Below are positions 20,756-30,787 of a stretch of 64,000 bases of DNA, piece after piece (position 1 is the first letter of the stretch; each line of letters starts with the position of its first letter). The DNA comes from an uncultured Rickettsiales bacterium (GTDB lineage Bacteria; Pseudomonadota; Alphaproteobacteria; Rickettsiales; CAZAGG01): NCBI GenBank assembly GCA_964484565.1, contig CAZAGG010000009.1, positions 61,384-125,383 of the forward strand, in the 5' to 3' direction. The notes under the pieces were generated by a model. That model did no database searches. It saw nothing but the letters and a program-made list of their open reading frames with translations, and was not told where the DNA came from. Position numbers and translations under genes: made by a program.

Positions 20756-21427
20756 ATGAACACGAAAACAGACTTATGTTTGCCAAAGACGATATTATTC
20801 GATTGGGATAATACTCTGGTTGATACTTGGCCAATTATTCATAAGGCGTTGGTTGATACATTTGAAGAAATGGGGCACGAGCCTTGGACTCTTGATTATG
20901 TTAAGCGCAATGTGAAGAAGTCAATGCGAGACTCTTTTCCCGAACTATTTGGAGAGGGATGGGAAAAAGCTGCCGAGATATATCAAAATGCGTATCGCGT
21001 TAAGCATTTTTCTGGCCTTTGCGGCCTTCCAGAGGTTGAAGATATGTTGAGTTTGCTCCAATCTTCTTCGATACAAATCGGGGTAGTAAGCAACAAAATT
21101 GGAATGCAGCTTCGCAAAGAGGTTTCTCATATGGGGTGGGATAAATACTTCGCAACTGTGGTTGGTGCTAGTGATGCGAAGAGAGATAAGCCTAGTGCTG
21201 ATCCTGCTATTCTTGCGCTGGAAAATATGAATCAGTTACCATCTGAAGATATTTGGTTTGTTGGCGACACCGATGTTGATATTCACTGCGCGATAAATGC
21301 TGGGTTGTTTCCTGTGTTCTATGGTTCGGGAGAATTTGCAGAAGCAGACGATATGCCATCATTCAGGCTTCATGTTGCGTCGCACAATGAAATGATGAAT
21401 ATTATTAACAGCTTAAAACAAAACTAG
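20756..21427 (+). CDS. HAD-family hydrolase (phosphoglycolate phosphatase-like)
   Basis: 'LFDWDNTLVDT', 'VVSNK', 'KP', 'FVGD...D'. Confidence 0.9.
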   Translation: MNTKTDLCLPKTILFDWDNTLVDTWPIIHKALVDTFEEMGHEPWTLDYVKRNVKKSMRDSFPELFGEGWEKAAEIYQNAYRVKHFSGLCGLPEVEDMLSLLQSSSIQIGVVSNKIGMQLRKEVSHMGWDKYFATVVGASDAKRDKPSADPAILALENMNQLPSEDIWFVGDTDVDIHCAINAGLFPVFYGSGEFAEADDMPSFRLHVASHNEMMNIINSLKQN

Positions 21428-21494
21428 TTTAACTGAAGTATTTAGTTGTGATATACCCTGATGGATAGAAAAACTTAGTGTTTGAGTCATCCAT

Positions 21495-22721
21495 ATGAAA
21501 GTAGTTGTGCTTGGTGCAGGTATTGTTGGGGTTACCTCAGCCTATTACCTCGCGGATAGGGGTTATAAAGTTGAAGTTATCGAGCGCAGAGAATCGTCGG
21601 CATTAGAGACAAGTTTTGCCAATGGAGGGCAGTTAAGTTTTAGCCATGCAGAGCCTTGGGCTAATCCTAAGGTGCTTCCTAAGATTGCTAAATGGCTATT
21701 TAGGGAAGATGCTCCTCTGATTTTTCGCTTCAGTCTTGATCCGCATATGTATATGTGGGGGCTTAAATTTTTGGCTAATTGCCTTCCATCAAAGTCGCAT
21801 GAAAATGCGCTGAAATTACTCAAACTGGGGCTTCATAGCAAAACCTGCATTAATAACGTTCAGCAGAGAACGGGCATTGAGTTTGATAATCTCAAAAAAG
21901 GAATACTGCATATTTCGGGCAATGAAGAAGATTTGCTTCACTCAAAGTCGCAAGCAGAATTTCAAGAGAAATATGGCTGTCCTTATAAGGTCTTAACCCA
22001 CGATGAATGTGTTGAGATTGAGCCAGCTCTAGCTTATACCAAAAGAAATCTGGTCGGAGGGGTTCATTACCCACTAGACGAAAGCGGAGATGTAAACAAG
22101 TTCACAACTAATCTGACAAGTTACATAGAAAAAGAGCTAGGCGTTAAGTTTAGATATAATTCGGAAATTGAAGATATAATCACAGAAGATTCTGAGGTTA
22201 AAGGAATTAAGCTCAAAAATGGCGACTTTATCGAAGCAGACATATATGTAATGTCGCTTGGTTCTTATAGTTCGCAAATAAGCAGAAAGATTGGAATCAA
22301 TATTCCTGTTTATCCAATGAAAGGATATAGCATTACTTTGCCAATTGAAAACTCAGATGCTGCGCCTAAGGTTTCAATTACCGATAACGAATTTAAGATT
22401 GTTTACAGTCGTTTGGGTGATAGATTGCGCGTTGCAGGAACGGCGGAGTTTGCGGGCTACAATACAGATATTACGAAATCCAGAGTTGAGCCAATTGTTA
22501 AAGCGGCGATGAATTTATTCCCAAATTGTGGAGATCCCCAAAAGGCAGTTGAGTGGACAGGCCTTCGACCCGCAACACCTAGTGGTTATCCAGTAATTGG
22601 AAAGTCAAAGTTTAAGAATCTCTATTTCAATACTGGTCACGGCACTCTGGGGTGGACTCTTTCTTGCGGAAGTGCAGATATCCTTGCCGATATAGTTGAA
22701 GGCAAAAAACCTAAGATTTAG
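21495..22721 (+). CDS. dadA: D-amino acid dehydrogenase
   Basis: 'VLGAGIVG', 'ETSFANGGQLS', 'YPMKGYS', 'NTGHGTLGWT'. Confidence 0.92.
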   Translation: MKVVVLGAGIVGVTSAYYLADRGYKVEVIERRESSALETSFANGGQLSFSHAEPWANPKVLPKIAKWLFREDAPLIFRFSLDPHMYMWGLKFLANCLPSKSHENALKLLKLGLHSKTCINNVQQRTGIEFDNLKKGILHISGNEEDLLHSKSQAEFQEKYGCPYKVLTHDECVEIEPALAYTKRNLVGGVHYPLDESGDVNKFTTNLTSYIEKELGVKFRYNSEIEDIITEDSEVKGIKLKNGDFIEADIYVMSLGSYSSQISRKIGINIPVYPMKGYSITLPIENSDAAPKVSITDNEFKIVYSRLGDRLRVAGTAEFAGYNTDITKSRVEPIVKAAMNLFPNCGDPQKAVEWTGLRPATPSGYPVIGKSKFKNLYFNTGHGTLGWTLSCGSADILADIVEGKKPKI

Positions 22722-22757
22722 AGCCGCAAGTTAGCAAAGTGTCCGAAACGTCAAAAA

Positions 22758-23672
22758 TTATCCCGTGAAAGAAGTAAAAGGAGAAATTTCTCCTTGTAGG
22801 ATTTTTTCTTCCAATGCTGCGATTTGCTCTTTTATACCTTCTTGGGCTATAAACTTTTCATAAACTGAGTCTTTTAGTCTTGTTTGGAAGAGTTTAACTT
22901 TTTGGAGGGTTCTTTTTCTGGCGAACGACCCGTTTGTGCGGCGGATATTTATTTTTGTATTCATCGAGCTCAGTAATTCCTGTAACCCCGACTTTTCTAA
23001 AGCAGAGGTCAGCACTATATCTGTTCCATCTTCTGATGTTCCTCTGATAATGCGTAATGCGGATGAATATTCAGCTTTGGTTTTGCTTGCAAGCGGTAAA
23101 ATATCGCCATCTGCTTTGTTAATCACCACCATATCTGCCAGTTCTATGATACCCTTTTTGATTCCCTGAAGTTCATCGCCTGAAGATGGCTGGATCATCA
23201 CGATAAAAAAATCAACCATAGCGGCGACATCAATTTCCGATTGGCCTACTCCAACTGTTTCGACTATTATAATATCGAATCCATGAGATTCGCATAAAGC
23301 AATAACTTCAGGAGTATATTTCGCAACTCCTCCGAGATTACATGACGTTGGGGTGGGTCTTACAAAGGCGTTGGGATTTGCTGCCAGCTCTGCCATTCTT
23401 GTTTTATCGCCCATTATTGACCCCCCAGAAACGGGGCTAGATGGGTCTATAGCGAGAACTGCAACCTTATGACCTTTATTAATTAAAATGAGTCCTAACT
23501 CTTCAATAAGTGAAGATTTTCCAACTCCCGGGGGGCCTGAGATTCCAATTCGGATTGTATTTTCTGGCTCTATAATCTCAGCAAGAGATTTTTCAGCAAG
23601 TTTTCTATGCTCTGGTTTGCTTGATTCAACTAGAGTTATTAGTTTTGATAATGATTTTATATCTATGACCAT
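22758..23672 (-). CDS. meaB: Methylmalonyl-CoA mutase-associated GTPase
   Basis: 'GPPGVGKSS', 'AIDPSS..SGGSIMGDKTRM', 'ETVGVGQSE', 'GDELQGIKKG'. Confidence 0.92.
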   Translation of the reverse strand: MVIDIKSLSKLITLVESSKPEHRKLAEKSLAEIIEPENTIRIGISGPPGVGKSSLIEELGLILINKGHKVAVLAIDPSSPVSGGSIMGDKTRMAELAANPNAFVRPTPTSCNLGGVAKYTPEVIALCESHGFDIIIVETVGVGQSEIDVAAMVDFFIVMIQPSSGDELQGIKKGIIELADMVVINKADGDILPLASKTKAEYSSALRIIRGTSEDGTDIVLTSALEKSGLQELLSSMNTKINIRRTNGSFARKRTLQKVKLFQTRLKDSVYEKFIAQEGIKEQIAALEEKILQGEISPFTSFTG

Positions 23673-23704
23673 CCAAAGATTTATATTTCGGATGTCTTAA
23701 AAAG

Positions 23705-24373
23705 TTATTTATAAACTAATAGATCTCCAGCTTGGTGACGCTCTATTTCCCTTTGTGTGAATTTATCTTTGCCCTCAGATTGATAATATTTCATTGTTTC
23801 TTGAATATCTTTAACGATGCCATCGCACATAACTTGCGGAATATGGCCTCTTTCAGCTAATTGACTTAAAGTTATACATAGCCCGTAGAGGTTACTTAAC
23901 ATATCGTTATTGCCTAGCTTAACCTGAATGCCTCTATGGCTTGTATCTAAATCTGGTGAATCCATTTCAGGGTGTCCACCCCCTGCAATCTTGCTGTATA
24001 TCTCATTTGAGATGCGTGATGCATTGAAATCTTTATCGGCAGATGAGGCACTTGAGCCATATTCAGATAGCTCTATGAGTGTTTCTTCTAATTTCTCAGT
24101 TTCATTGTTAAGTCTTGCCATTGCATTATCGAATGCGGACTCGTCATCTTTAAATCTTTTGTGTCTAATTGCATATTCCACAGTAAGAACAAGGGTGGAT
24201 TTAAATTCGTTTCCAACCCATCTTGTTTCCTGATCTGGAATTCTGATGCCGATTGCGTAATCTAGCATTCCATTTTCTGGCGGCAGAAATCTATAGCGTG
24301 CATAAAATCCATCTTCATCAAGATGCTTGTTGTAACTATATCCTAAATAATAAAGCCCTGATTCTTTACTCAT
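23705..24373 (-). CDS. Hypothetical protein
   Basis: 222-aa ORF filling the gap, GGGG upstream of ATG; no family recognised. Confidence 0.7.
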   Translation of the reverse strand: MSKESGLYYLGYSYNKHLDEDGFYARYRFLPPENGMLDYAIGIRIPDQETRWVGNEFKSTLVLTVEYAIRHKRFKDDESAFDNAMARLNNETEKLEETLIELSEYGSSASSADKDFNASRISNEIYSKIAGGGHPEMDSPDLDTSHRGIQVKLGNNDMLSNLYGLCITLSQLAERGHIPQVMCDGIVKDIQETMKYYQSEGKDKFTQREIERHQAGDLLVYK

Positions 24374-24413
24374 AACAGCCCCAGATTCGTTAGTTAATTA
24401 CTAATTTTCTTAC

Positions 24414-24447
24414 CTTATAATGTACTTTTGTAACAGAATTATTACAT
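24414..24447 (-). promoter_or_regulatory. PhoB/OmpR-type direct-repeat box plus -10 hexamer
   Basis: Minus strand ATGTAATAATTCTGTTAC-N10-TATAAG; same layout at 40435-40468. Confidence 0.5.
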
Positions 24448-24663
24448 TTTTGTGGAATTATGATAAATTACGTTATAAACTAGGGGTTGCATAAAACTAG
24501 AAGAGTAAGCGCATATCTGAGGCTTTAAGCCATCAAAAGATATGCATTTTGGGTATATCTGCGATGAAATTTCACAATATATTCACATTTCTTTTAGTAA
24601 GATGGTGCTAGAATGGAAAGTGAGAAATTGTTTCTATTTCAAACTAACAGGGAATAAAATTAA

Positions 24664-26268
24664 TTGACTTTTGACGGACAAAAAAATGAAAGCATCGATG
24701 GCGTAAGTATTTCTTACGATGATGTTGCTTCGTCAAGATCAAGGCCTTTGAAATGGAACGATGTAATTAATGCTGTAAGAACTGGCACTACTAGGATATT
24801 CACAAACTTTATCTATTCAGTCTTTGATAGCCAGCAAGAAGACTACATAAAATCAAAAAAAGATGGAGCAGAAACGCCCGCTAGATTATCCCCGCTTGGT
24901 AAATTCATGGGCAGGGTTGCCGATGGCGTTGGCGGAGTATCTGATAACTTGCTTGAGCGATTAGTTCTAAGGCCAGTTGCCAGAGCCAGAAGTGGCGGCG
25001 ACAAGGATAAAGAAGAGGTAATATTCAAAGAGCTGCATGAAGAATATTGCAAATATGAAGGCGGAATTTCAACAGGCGAAAAGTTTGGCCGAACCGCATG
25101 GGGCTTTTTTGGTGGAGCGTTAGCTAATAATGCCCAAAGAACTTTAATTAGAGTGTTTGATAAGGGTGAGCATAAGCCATGGGTTGATGAAAACGGAAAT
25201 GCAAGACCTGTTCAGTTTGCTAGGTGGACAGCGCAAGAAGCATTCCGTGCAGTATTTAAAGGTGCAGGTGAAGATGTTTTTGCATCTCTTCCCCAATATA
25301 CAATTGCTGGTAAGAAATGGATTAGATTCTTACAGCGATTCGATAAGCAGCTAAACCCAGATAATTATGATGTACAGACAGGTGAAGCTATAGCCAACAA
25401 AAAATCTCTATTCCTTCATGCTGGCGAATGGCAAGGAAAGTTCTATCTCTACAACGTATTTACTAATATGTGGAGGGATATTTATGATTTCGCCATGAAA
25501 CCAATTGAAAGGCTTATTGGCGGAAATAAAAACAACCCTGATGAAGCACCTGCGGAACAAAAGTCGATAGGTGAGAAAATTCGCTCAGTTGGAAGATGGT
25601 TGATTAGAACCCCTATAAAGCAGTTTGCGCCTATGATGTGTTCAACTCCAGCCTTTTGGCTTCCAGGTTATTTCTCAACCACACTTGCATCGCAACTCGA
25701 TGACCCAAATTATCAGCCAAAGGGTGTTGTTGATGAAATTGGTCGCAAATTTGGAAAGATGGTTAATAATGCGGGCATAAAAATTGATGATATAATCGCT
25801 TATGCTCAAGAAAAAGGTATTGCTAAAGATCAAAACTGGCTAGAGGGCATGGGGCAGTATACAGCTAAGGCTTATTCAAGATACTCAATGTATTTTGTGT
25901 TAAAAGAGTTCTTCCAGAATAAATATGCCAATAAAAGTGCTGACTTTGCTATAGATAGGTCAATAGATGGATTTACGGGAATGATTTCTTCCGCGCTTAC
26001 TCTAAACTTCAAGGGAGTAAGGCAAAACTGGAAGCGTCTCAGAGAAGGTGCAGGGATGTATGCAGAAGTTCTAAAGTTCAAAGAAGAAGATTTGTTGGAA
26101 TTGGTAAAAGAGATAAAAGAATTTACAAAAAACAATCAATCAGATGAACAAAAGACAGAAAAAAGTGGCATAGCTCATCAAAAAGAAGAAGAAAAAATAA
26201 ACACTCCATCTTTTACAATAGCAGGTAAGACGAAGGGTGCGCAAGAAATGGCGTATGGTGTGGCCTAG
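24664..26268 (+). CDS. Hypothetical protein
   Basis: 534-aa ORF with TTG start; Gly-rich amphipathic segments; no family recognised. Confidence 0.75.
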   Translation: MTFDGQKNESIDGVSISYDDVASSRSRPLKWNDVINAVRTGTTRIFTNFIYSVFDSQQEDYIKSKKDGAETPARLSPLGKFMGRVADGVGGVSDNLLERLVLRPVARARSGGDKDKEEVIFKELHEEYCKYEGGISTGEKFGRTAWGFFGGALANNAQRTLIRVFDKGEHKPWVDENGNARPVQFARWTAQEAFRAVFKGAGEDVFASLPQYTIAGKKWIRFLQRFDKQLNPDNYDVQTGEAIANKKSLFLHAGEWQGKFYLYNVFTNMWRDIYDFAMKPIERLIGGNKNNPDEAPAEQKSIGEKIRSVGRWLIRTPIKQFAPMMCSTPAFWLPGYFSTTLASQLDDPNYQPKGVVDEIGRKFGKMVNNAGIKIDDIIAYAQEKGIAKDQNWLEGMGQYTAKAYSRYSMYFVLKEFFQNKYANKSADFAIDRSIDGFTGMISSALTLNFKGVRQNWKRLREGAGMYAEVLKFKEEDLLELVKEIKEFTKNNQSDEQKTEKSGIAHQKEEEKINTPSFTIAGKTKGAQEMAYGVA

Positions 26269-26357
26269 ACTCTTTCGGTTCTTTGTTAAAATTTTATTCA
26301 CAAGAGATTAATCTGGCTGTATAGCTAACCTTTAATATATTCTGCAATAGAGTCTAG
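26265..26357. repeat. Short element bounded by 9-bp inverted repeats (possible RPE/MITE relic)
   Basis: CTAGACTCT (26265-26273) and AGAGTCTAG (26349-26357) bracket the whole intergenic space. Confidence 0.4.
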
Positions 26358-26359
26358 AT

Positions 26360-27712
26360 ATGAACAAAAACAAGAAGTTATACATCAAAACTTACGGTTG
26401 CCAGATGAACTTTTATGACTCTGAGCGTATGACCGATTTAATGAAGCCACTAGGCTATGAAATCTCTGATAGCGTGGAAGATGCTGATTTGGTGGTGCTC
26501 AATACGTGCCACATTCGAGAGAAGGCGACAGAAAAGTTATATTCGGAGTTAGGTCGAATTAAGCGTCATAAAAAGAAGAAGCAAGCGAAAGGTTCGGAAA
26601 TGCTGATTGCCGTTTCTGGATGCGTCGGCCAAGCAGAGGGCGAAGAGATTATAACCCGCGCACCATATGTTGATATGGTAATGGGCCCACAAACCTATCA
26701 TCAACTTCCAGAGATGGTTGCAAGAGTTTCAAGAAAATCAGGAGAAGTAATCGAACTTGATTTTAAACCAGAAGAAAAGTTTGACGCTCTCTCAAAAACA
26801 GAAAGTTCTGGCGGGGCTTCAAAGTTTTTGACTGTTCAAGAGGGATGCGACAAGTTCTGCACATTCTGTGTTGTTCCCTACACTAGGGGCGCAGAATATT
26901 CTAGACCTTCAGGCGATATATTAGTAGAAGCAGAAAAACTTGCAAAATCAGGGGCGGTTGAGCTTAACCTGCTTGGGCAAAATGTTAATGCTTATCTCGA
27001 TGATAAAGGAATCAGTCTAGCAAAACTTATTAAGCAGATTGCAAAGATTCCTGCGATACAGCGAATACGCTATACAACTTCGCACCCTAAAGATATGACA
27101 GATGAGCTAATCGAAGCACATGCTGAGGTTGATAAGTTAATGCCATATCTGCATCTGCCTGTGCAGGCTGGCTCTAACGATATTTTAAAGGCGATGAACC
27201 GCAAGCACACCGCTGAGGAATATCTTGCAATTCTTGAGAGAATGAAGAAAGCAAGGCCAGACATAGCCTTCTCATCTGATTTTATAGTTGGTTTTCCTAG
27301 TGAAACGGAGAGAGATTTTCAGAAAACTATGGATATAGTGGCAGAAGTTGGTTATCAGTCGGCCTATTCTTTTAAATATAGCATTCGTCCAGGAACCCCA
27401 GCAGGCGCAATGGAAAATCAGGTTCCTGAAGAGGTCAAATCTGAAAGATTAGAGCGATTGCAGAAACTTATCTTACAAAAACAACTTGAGTTCAATCAAA
27501 ACACTGTTGGAAGGGTTGTTTCTGTGCTCTTTGAGCGTGAAGGAAAGCTAGACGGGCAGGTGGTTGGCAAGAGTCCATATATGCAATCTGTGCATCTTTT
27601 AGAAGGTGAGCAATTTTTAAATCAAATTGTTAACGTAAAAATTACTTCTGCATATCACAATAGTGTTAAGGGAGAATATTGCGATAATAGCGCATACATA
27701 AAAGCTGCATAG
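26360..27712 (+). CDS. miaB: tRNA i6A37 methylthiotransferase
   Basis: 'TYGCQMN..DS', 'NTCHIREKA', radical SAM 'CDKFCTFC', C-terminal TRAM domain. Confidence 0.96.
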   Translation: MNKNKKLYIKTYGCQMNFYDSERMTDLMKPLGYEISDSVEDADLVVLNTCHIREKATEKLYSELGRIKRHKKKKQAKGSEMLIAVSGCVGQAEGEEIITRAPYVDMVMGPQTYHQLPEMVARVSRKSGEVIELDFKPEEKFDALSKTESSGGASKFLTVQEGCDKFCTFCVVPYTRGAEYSRPSGDILVEAEKLAKSGAVELNLLGQNVNAYLDDKGISLAKLIKQIAKIPAIQRIRYTTSHPKDMTDELIEAHAEVDKLMPYLHLPVQAGSNDILKAMNRKHTAEEYLAILERMKKARPDIAFSSDFIVGFPSETERDFQKTMDIVAEVGYQSAYSFKYSIRPGTPAGAMENQVPEEVKSERLERLQKLILQKQLEFNQNTVGRVVSVLFEREGKLDGQVVGKSPYMQSVHLLEGEQFLNQIVNVKITSAYHNSVKGEYCDNSAYIKAA

Positions 27713-27731
27713 AAAGGGTTAGGTTCATTAA

Positions 27732-28733
27732 ATGACAACAGTGCAAGAGAAGTTCACAACCTCAGTATCTTTTTCAGACAACAAGTTGTTGCCAATACTT
27801 TTGGGGGAATACGATAAGCACTTAAATCATATAGAACAAGAAATGAAAGTTTCTACCTCTAGTCGGGGTAACACTGTTTCTATAAGTGGCCATAAAGATG
27901 CCGTTGAAAATACTGCTGCGATATTAAACGCGCTATATAAGAGGGTTGAAAGAGGCCTTCCCCTTGATAATGCAGATGTGGATGCCGCAATTAGAATGAG
28001 CCGAGATAATGAAATAAGACAAGATGAGCTTCCACTAACCAACACAGATGGAAGTGATGTTTTTATCAAAACACCCAAAAAAGCGATATATCCTCATTCT
28101 AAAAATCAGGCTTATTACATTAAACAGCTACAACAAAATGAGGTTGTCTTTGCCCTTGGCCCAGCAGGAACAGGTAAGACTTATATAGCGGTTGCAATGG
28201 CTGTTTCTATGTTTAATGCAAAAAAGGTTGATAGAATAATTCTCTCACGCCCAGCCGTAGAAGCGGGAGAGAAACTAGGCTTCCTTCCAGGTGATATTAA
28301 AGACAAGATAGATCCATATCTTCGCCCTCTATATGACGCTCTGCACGATATGATGCCATCTGAAAAAGTAATGCGCTATATGGAAACGGGAGAGATAGAA
28401 CTTGCACCACTTGCTTTCATGCGTGGAAGAACCCTAAGCAATGCTTTCATAATTCTTGATGAGGCGCAAAATACTACACCAATGCAGATGAAAATGTTTC
28501 TAACTCGTCTTGGTGAAAATTCCCGTATGATTGTAACGGGTGATCTTACTCAGATTGATTTGCCATCCCACAGCCGCTCAGGTCTTAAAGATGCGGTGGA
28601 TAAATTGGGCAATATTGCAGGCATTGAGTTTGCTAATTTCAAGGAAAAAGACATTATGCGCCATCCTCTGGCAGCAAAAATTGTTCATGCTTATGATGAG
28701 TGGGATAAACAACACCCACCCGCAACTGATTGA
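27732..28733 (+). CDS. phoH: PhoH-family ATPase (YbeZ)
   Basis: 'GPAGTGKT', 'RPAVEAGEKLGFLPGD', 'AFMRGRT', 'DEAQN'. Confidence 0.93.
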   Translation: MTTVQEKFTTSVSFSDNKLLPILLGEYDKHLNHIEQEMKVSTSSRGNTVSISGHKDAVENTAAILNALYKRVERGLPLDNADVDAAIRMSRDNEIRQDELPLTNTDGSDVFIKTPKKAIYPHSKNQAYYIKQLQQNEVVFALGPAGTGKTYIAVAMAVSMFNAKKVDRIILSRPAVEAGEKLGFLPGDIKDKIDPYLRPLYDALHDMMPSEKVMRYMETGEIELAPLAFMRGRTLSNAFIILDEAQNTTPMQMKMFLTRLGENSRMIVTGDLTQIDLPSHSRSGLKDAVDKLGNIAGIEFANFKEKDIMRHPLAAKIVHAYDEWDKQHPPATD

Positions 28734-28748
28734 TGAAATAGGCTAAAT

Positions 28749-29531
28749 ATGGTGAGTAAGTCTGACATACTTTCTCTAATTCAACAAATGCCCATATATG
28801 ATACAATGGTAAACGGATGTGTAATAGCAGAATGCACAAACTTCTCAGATAAAATTAGAGAGGTTTTATCCGATAATAATATTCCTGTGCTAATGGTTGG
28901 CGACCATTGTCATACCTTTCTTATTACTGAAACAGATGACTTTGGCATCATGATACTAGACGCAACTGCTCATCAATTCGAAATGTTTGATGAATGGGTT
29001 TTTATGCCAGTTCAAGATGTTGTTGATAAGATAAAAAATAGAAGACCAGATATTCGCATTTGGGGGTATTGGGTTGGAGAAATAGAAGTTAGCAACAAAT
29101 ATAAATTTGATGCAGAATATGGAATTGGCATAAACAAAATTGAAAGAGAATTTCTAGATAGGATATCCGTACCTATCGAAAAATCTGGAATAAGACTAAT
29201 AGATGTAGATAGAGAAGAACAAAATAGAATGCGAGCAGAAAGTGCACTTAACTGCTTGATGGTTTCGCTTGACAGCCTGACTAAGAAATCAACTATTGAG
29301 TGCATGAAATCTCAAGGCTCTAGTATCGTTAGCATTCACCCAAGCTACATACAATCAGAAAGGGAAGAAGTCATTGCTAAAAGCAGAGTGTTTTACATGT
29401 ATGAGAGAGATGCTGCAGAAGTAACAAATGTTATCAATAGTAGGTGGTGTCCTGAATGGATAAAAGGCAAACAAATTCTTCCAGCAGAAGAGAGAGAATC
29501 TAATATACAAAAAGGAGGAGTGGCTCGTTAA
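28749..29531 (+). CDS. Hypothetical protein with papain/transglutaminase-like Cys-His-Asp signature
   Basis: 'ECTNFS...HTFL...ILDATAHQF'; fold assignment is inference. Confidence 0.6.
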   Translation: MVSKSDILSLIQQMPIYDTMVNGCVIAECTNFSDKIREVLSDNNIPVLMVGDHCHTFLITETDDFGIMILDATAHQFEMFDEWVFMPVQDVVDKIKNRRPDIRIWGYWVGEIEVSNKYKFDAEYGIGINKIEREFLDRISVPIEKSGIRLIDVDREEQNRMRAESALNCLMVSLDSLTKKSTIECMKSQGSSIVSIHPSYIQSEREEVIAKSRVFYMYERDAAEVTNVINSRWCPEWIKGKQILPAEERESNIQKGGVAR

Positions 29532-29577
29532 TTTGAATGACTCTAATTCAAAAATTAAATATAGATTGTAATATCAT

Positions 29578-30774
29578 ATGACTGACTCAAAAATTGATGC
29601 AGCTAAAAAAAGAATAAGAGAGTATGTTTTTTCTGATAATTTCTCTCCAGAACGTTTTGTTGAGGTTACGGCTAACCTTCTTAGTGCCATAGAGCAAACT
29701 AGAGACAATGTTGAGTATAATATACTTGGTTGTAAATTAAGAGATCTTATATCTTTTCAGATGATTAATCCAAATGCAGATATTTATGTAAGTGGGCAGT
29801 GGGGAACTAGTTCAAGGCGCGCAACTCAAGAGCCAGATTCTGTAAATGGACTTGCCGAGTTTTTAGAGGCTTATCATAGAACGATGCGCAACGCCGCTGC
29901 AAAATTAAACTCGATTATACAAAATTCAGATGTGGAGCGGAATATTCCATTTTATAAACTCCTATCGGATATGTTTGATATAATAGAAACGGCGGGACAA
30001 TATTACTGGAGCGATATAGATACGGCTAAAGAGTTTCTTGAGGCTTTAGAGAAAATTGATGTAGAGCAAATAGATCGGCGCGCAAGGAATTTTTTTGTAA
30101 ATTTAAAAAGTTATTTTGCTAAGTTTGTTAATTCTGGCGGAGGGTATTTAAATATAGACTATGATAGTAAAGGCTTTGATATATTAGATCAATTAAACGT
30201 ATTACTGACTTTATATTCAACGCCAAGAAGTCCTTTTTTTAAATCAGGGGAAATTAAATTTAGTCTAGCCGATGGAAAATATCAACTTTCAATGCCTGCG
30301 AATGATATTATTGGAACAGACCCAAACAATCACCCTATATCACTTATTGAGTTTCTAACTGCTTCAATTATTGCGGCAAACCGTGTTAAGCCAAGATTGT
30401 TTAAATGGCTTGAAGATAAAGCAGGTGCAGCGGAAATTTTAACGGCGCGACTCATGGGTTTATATGAAAATATAACTGTTAAACTGCGAGAGAAATATCC
30501 ACAGGAAGTTGAGGTTAATTTCCATAAATTCAACCAATTGAGAGTTGCTGCTGATTATGCATTTCAAGATAAGATAGGTGAGCTTTGCATTGTCGCTTCA
30601 GAGTTAATTGGATCGATTAAAAAACGTGAGGTCAATCTATATTCGCAATATCAAACTCAATACGATAATGTTGCAAATGCCTTAAAAGAATTTCTGGGCT
30701 TTTATGGAATTGATACAAAAGAAATGAAAGCGATTGCAGAAGAAGCAAAGAAATCACCGCATCGAGGAAGATAG
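29578..30774 (+). CDS. Hypothetical protein (helical, basic C-terminus)
   Basis: 398-aa AT-rich ORF ending KKSPHRGR; no family recognised. Confidence 0.7.
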   Translation: MTDSKIDAAKKRIREYVFSDNFSPERFVEVTANLLSAIEQTRDNVEYNILGCKLRDLISFQMINPNADIYVSGQWGTSSRRATQEPDSVNGLAEFLEAYHRTMRNAAAKLNSIIQNSDVERNIPFYKLLSDMFDIIETAGQYYWSDIDTAKEFLEALEKIDVEQIDRRARNFFVNLKSYFAKFVNSGGGYLNIDYDSKGFDILDQLNVLLTLYSTPRSPFFKSGEIKFSLADGKYQLSMPANDIIGTDPNNHPISLIEFLTASIIAANRVKPRLFKWLEDKAGAAEILTARLMGLYENITVKLREKYPQEVEVNFHKFNQLRVAADYAFQDKIGELCIVASELIGSIKKREVNLYSQYQTQYDNVANALKEFLGFYGIDTKEMKAIAEEAKKSPHRGR

Positions 30775-30787
30775 GAAAAATGCAGGG

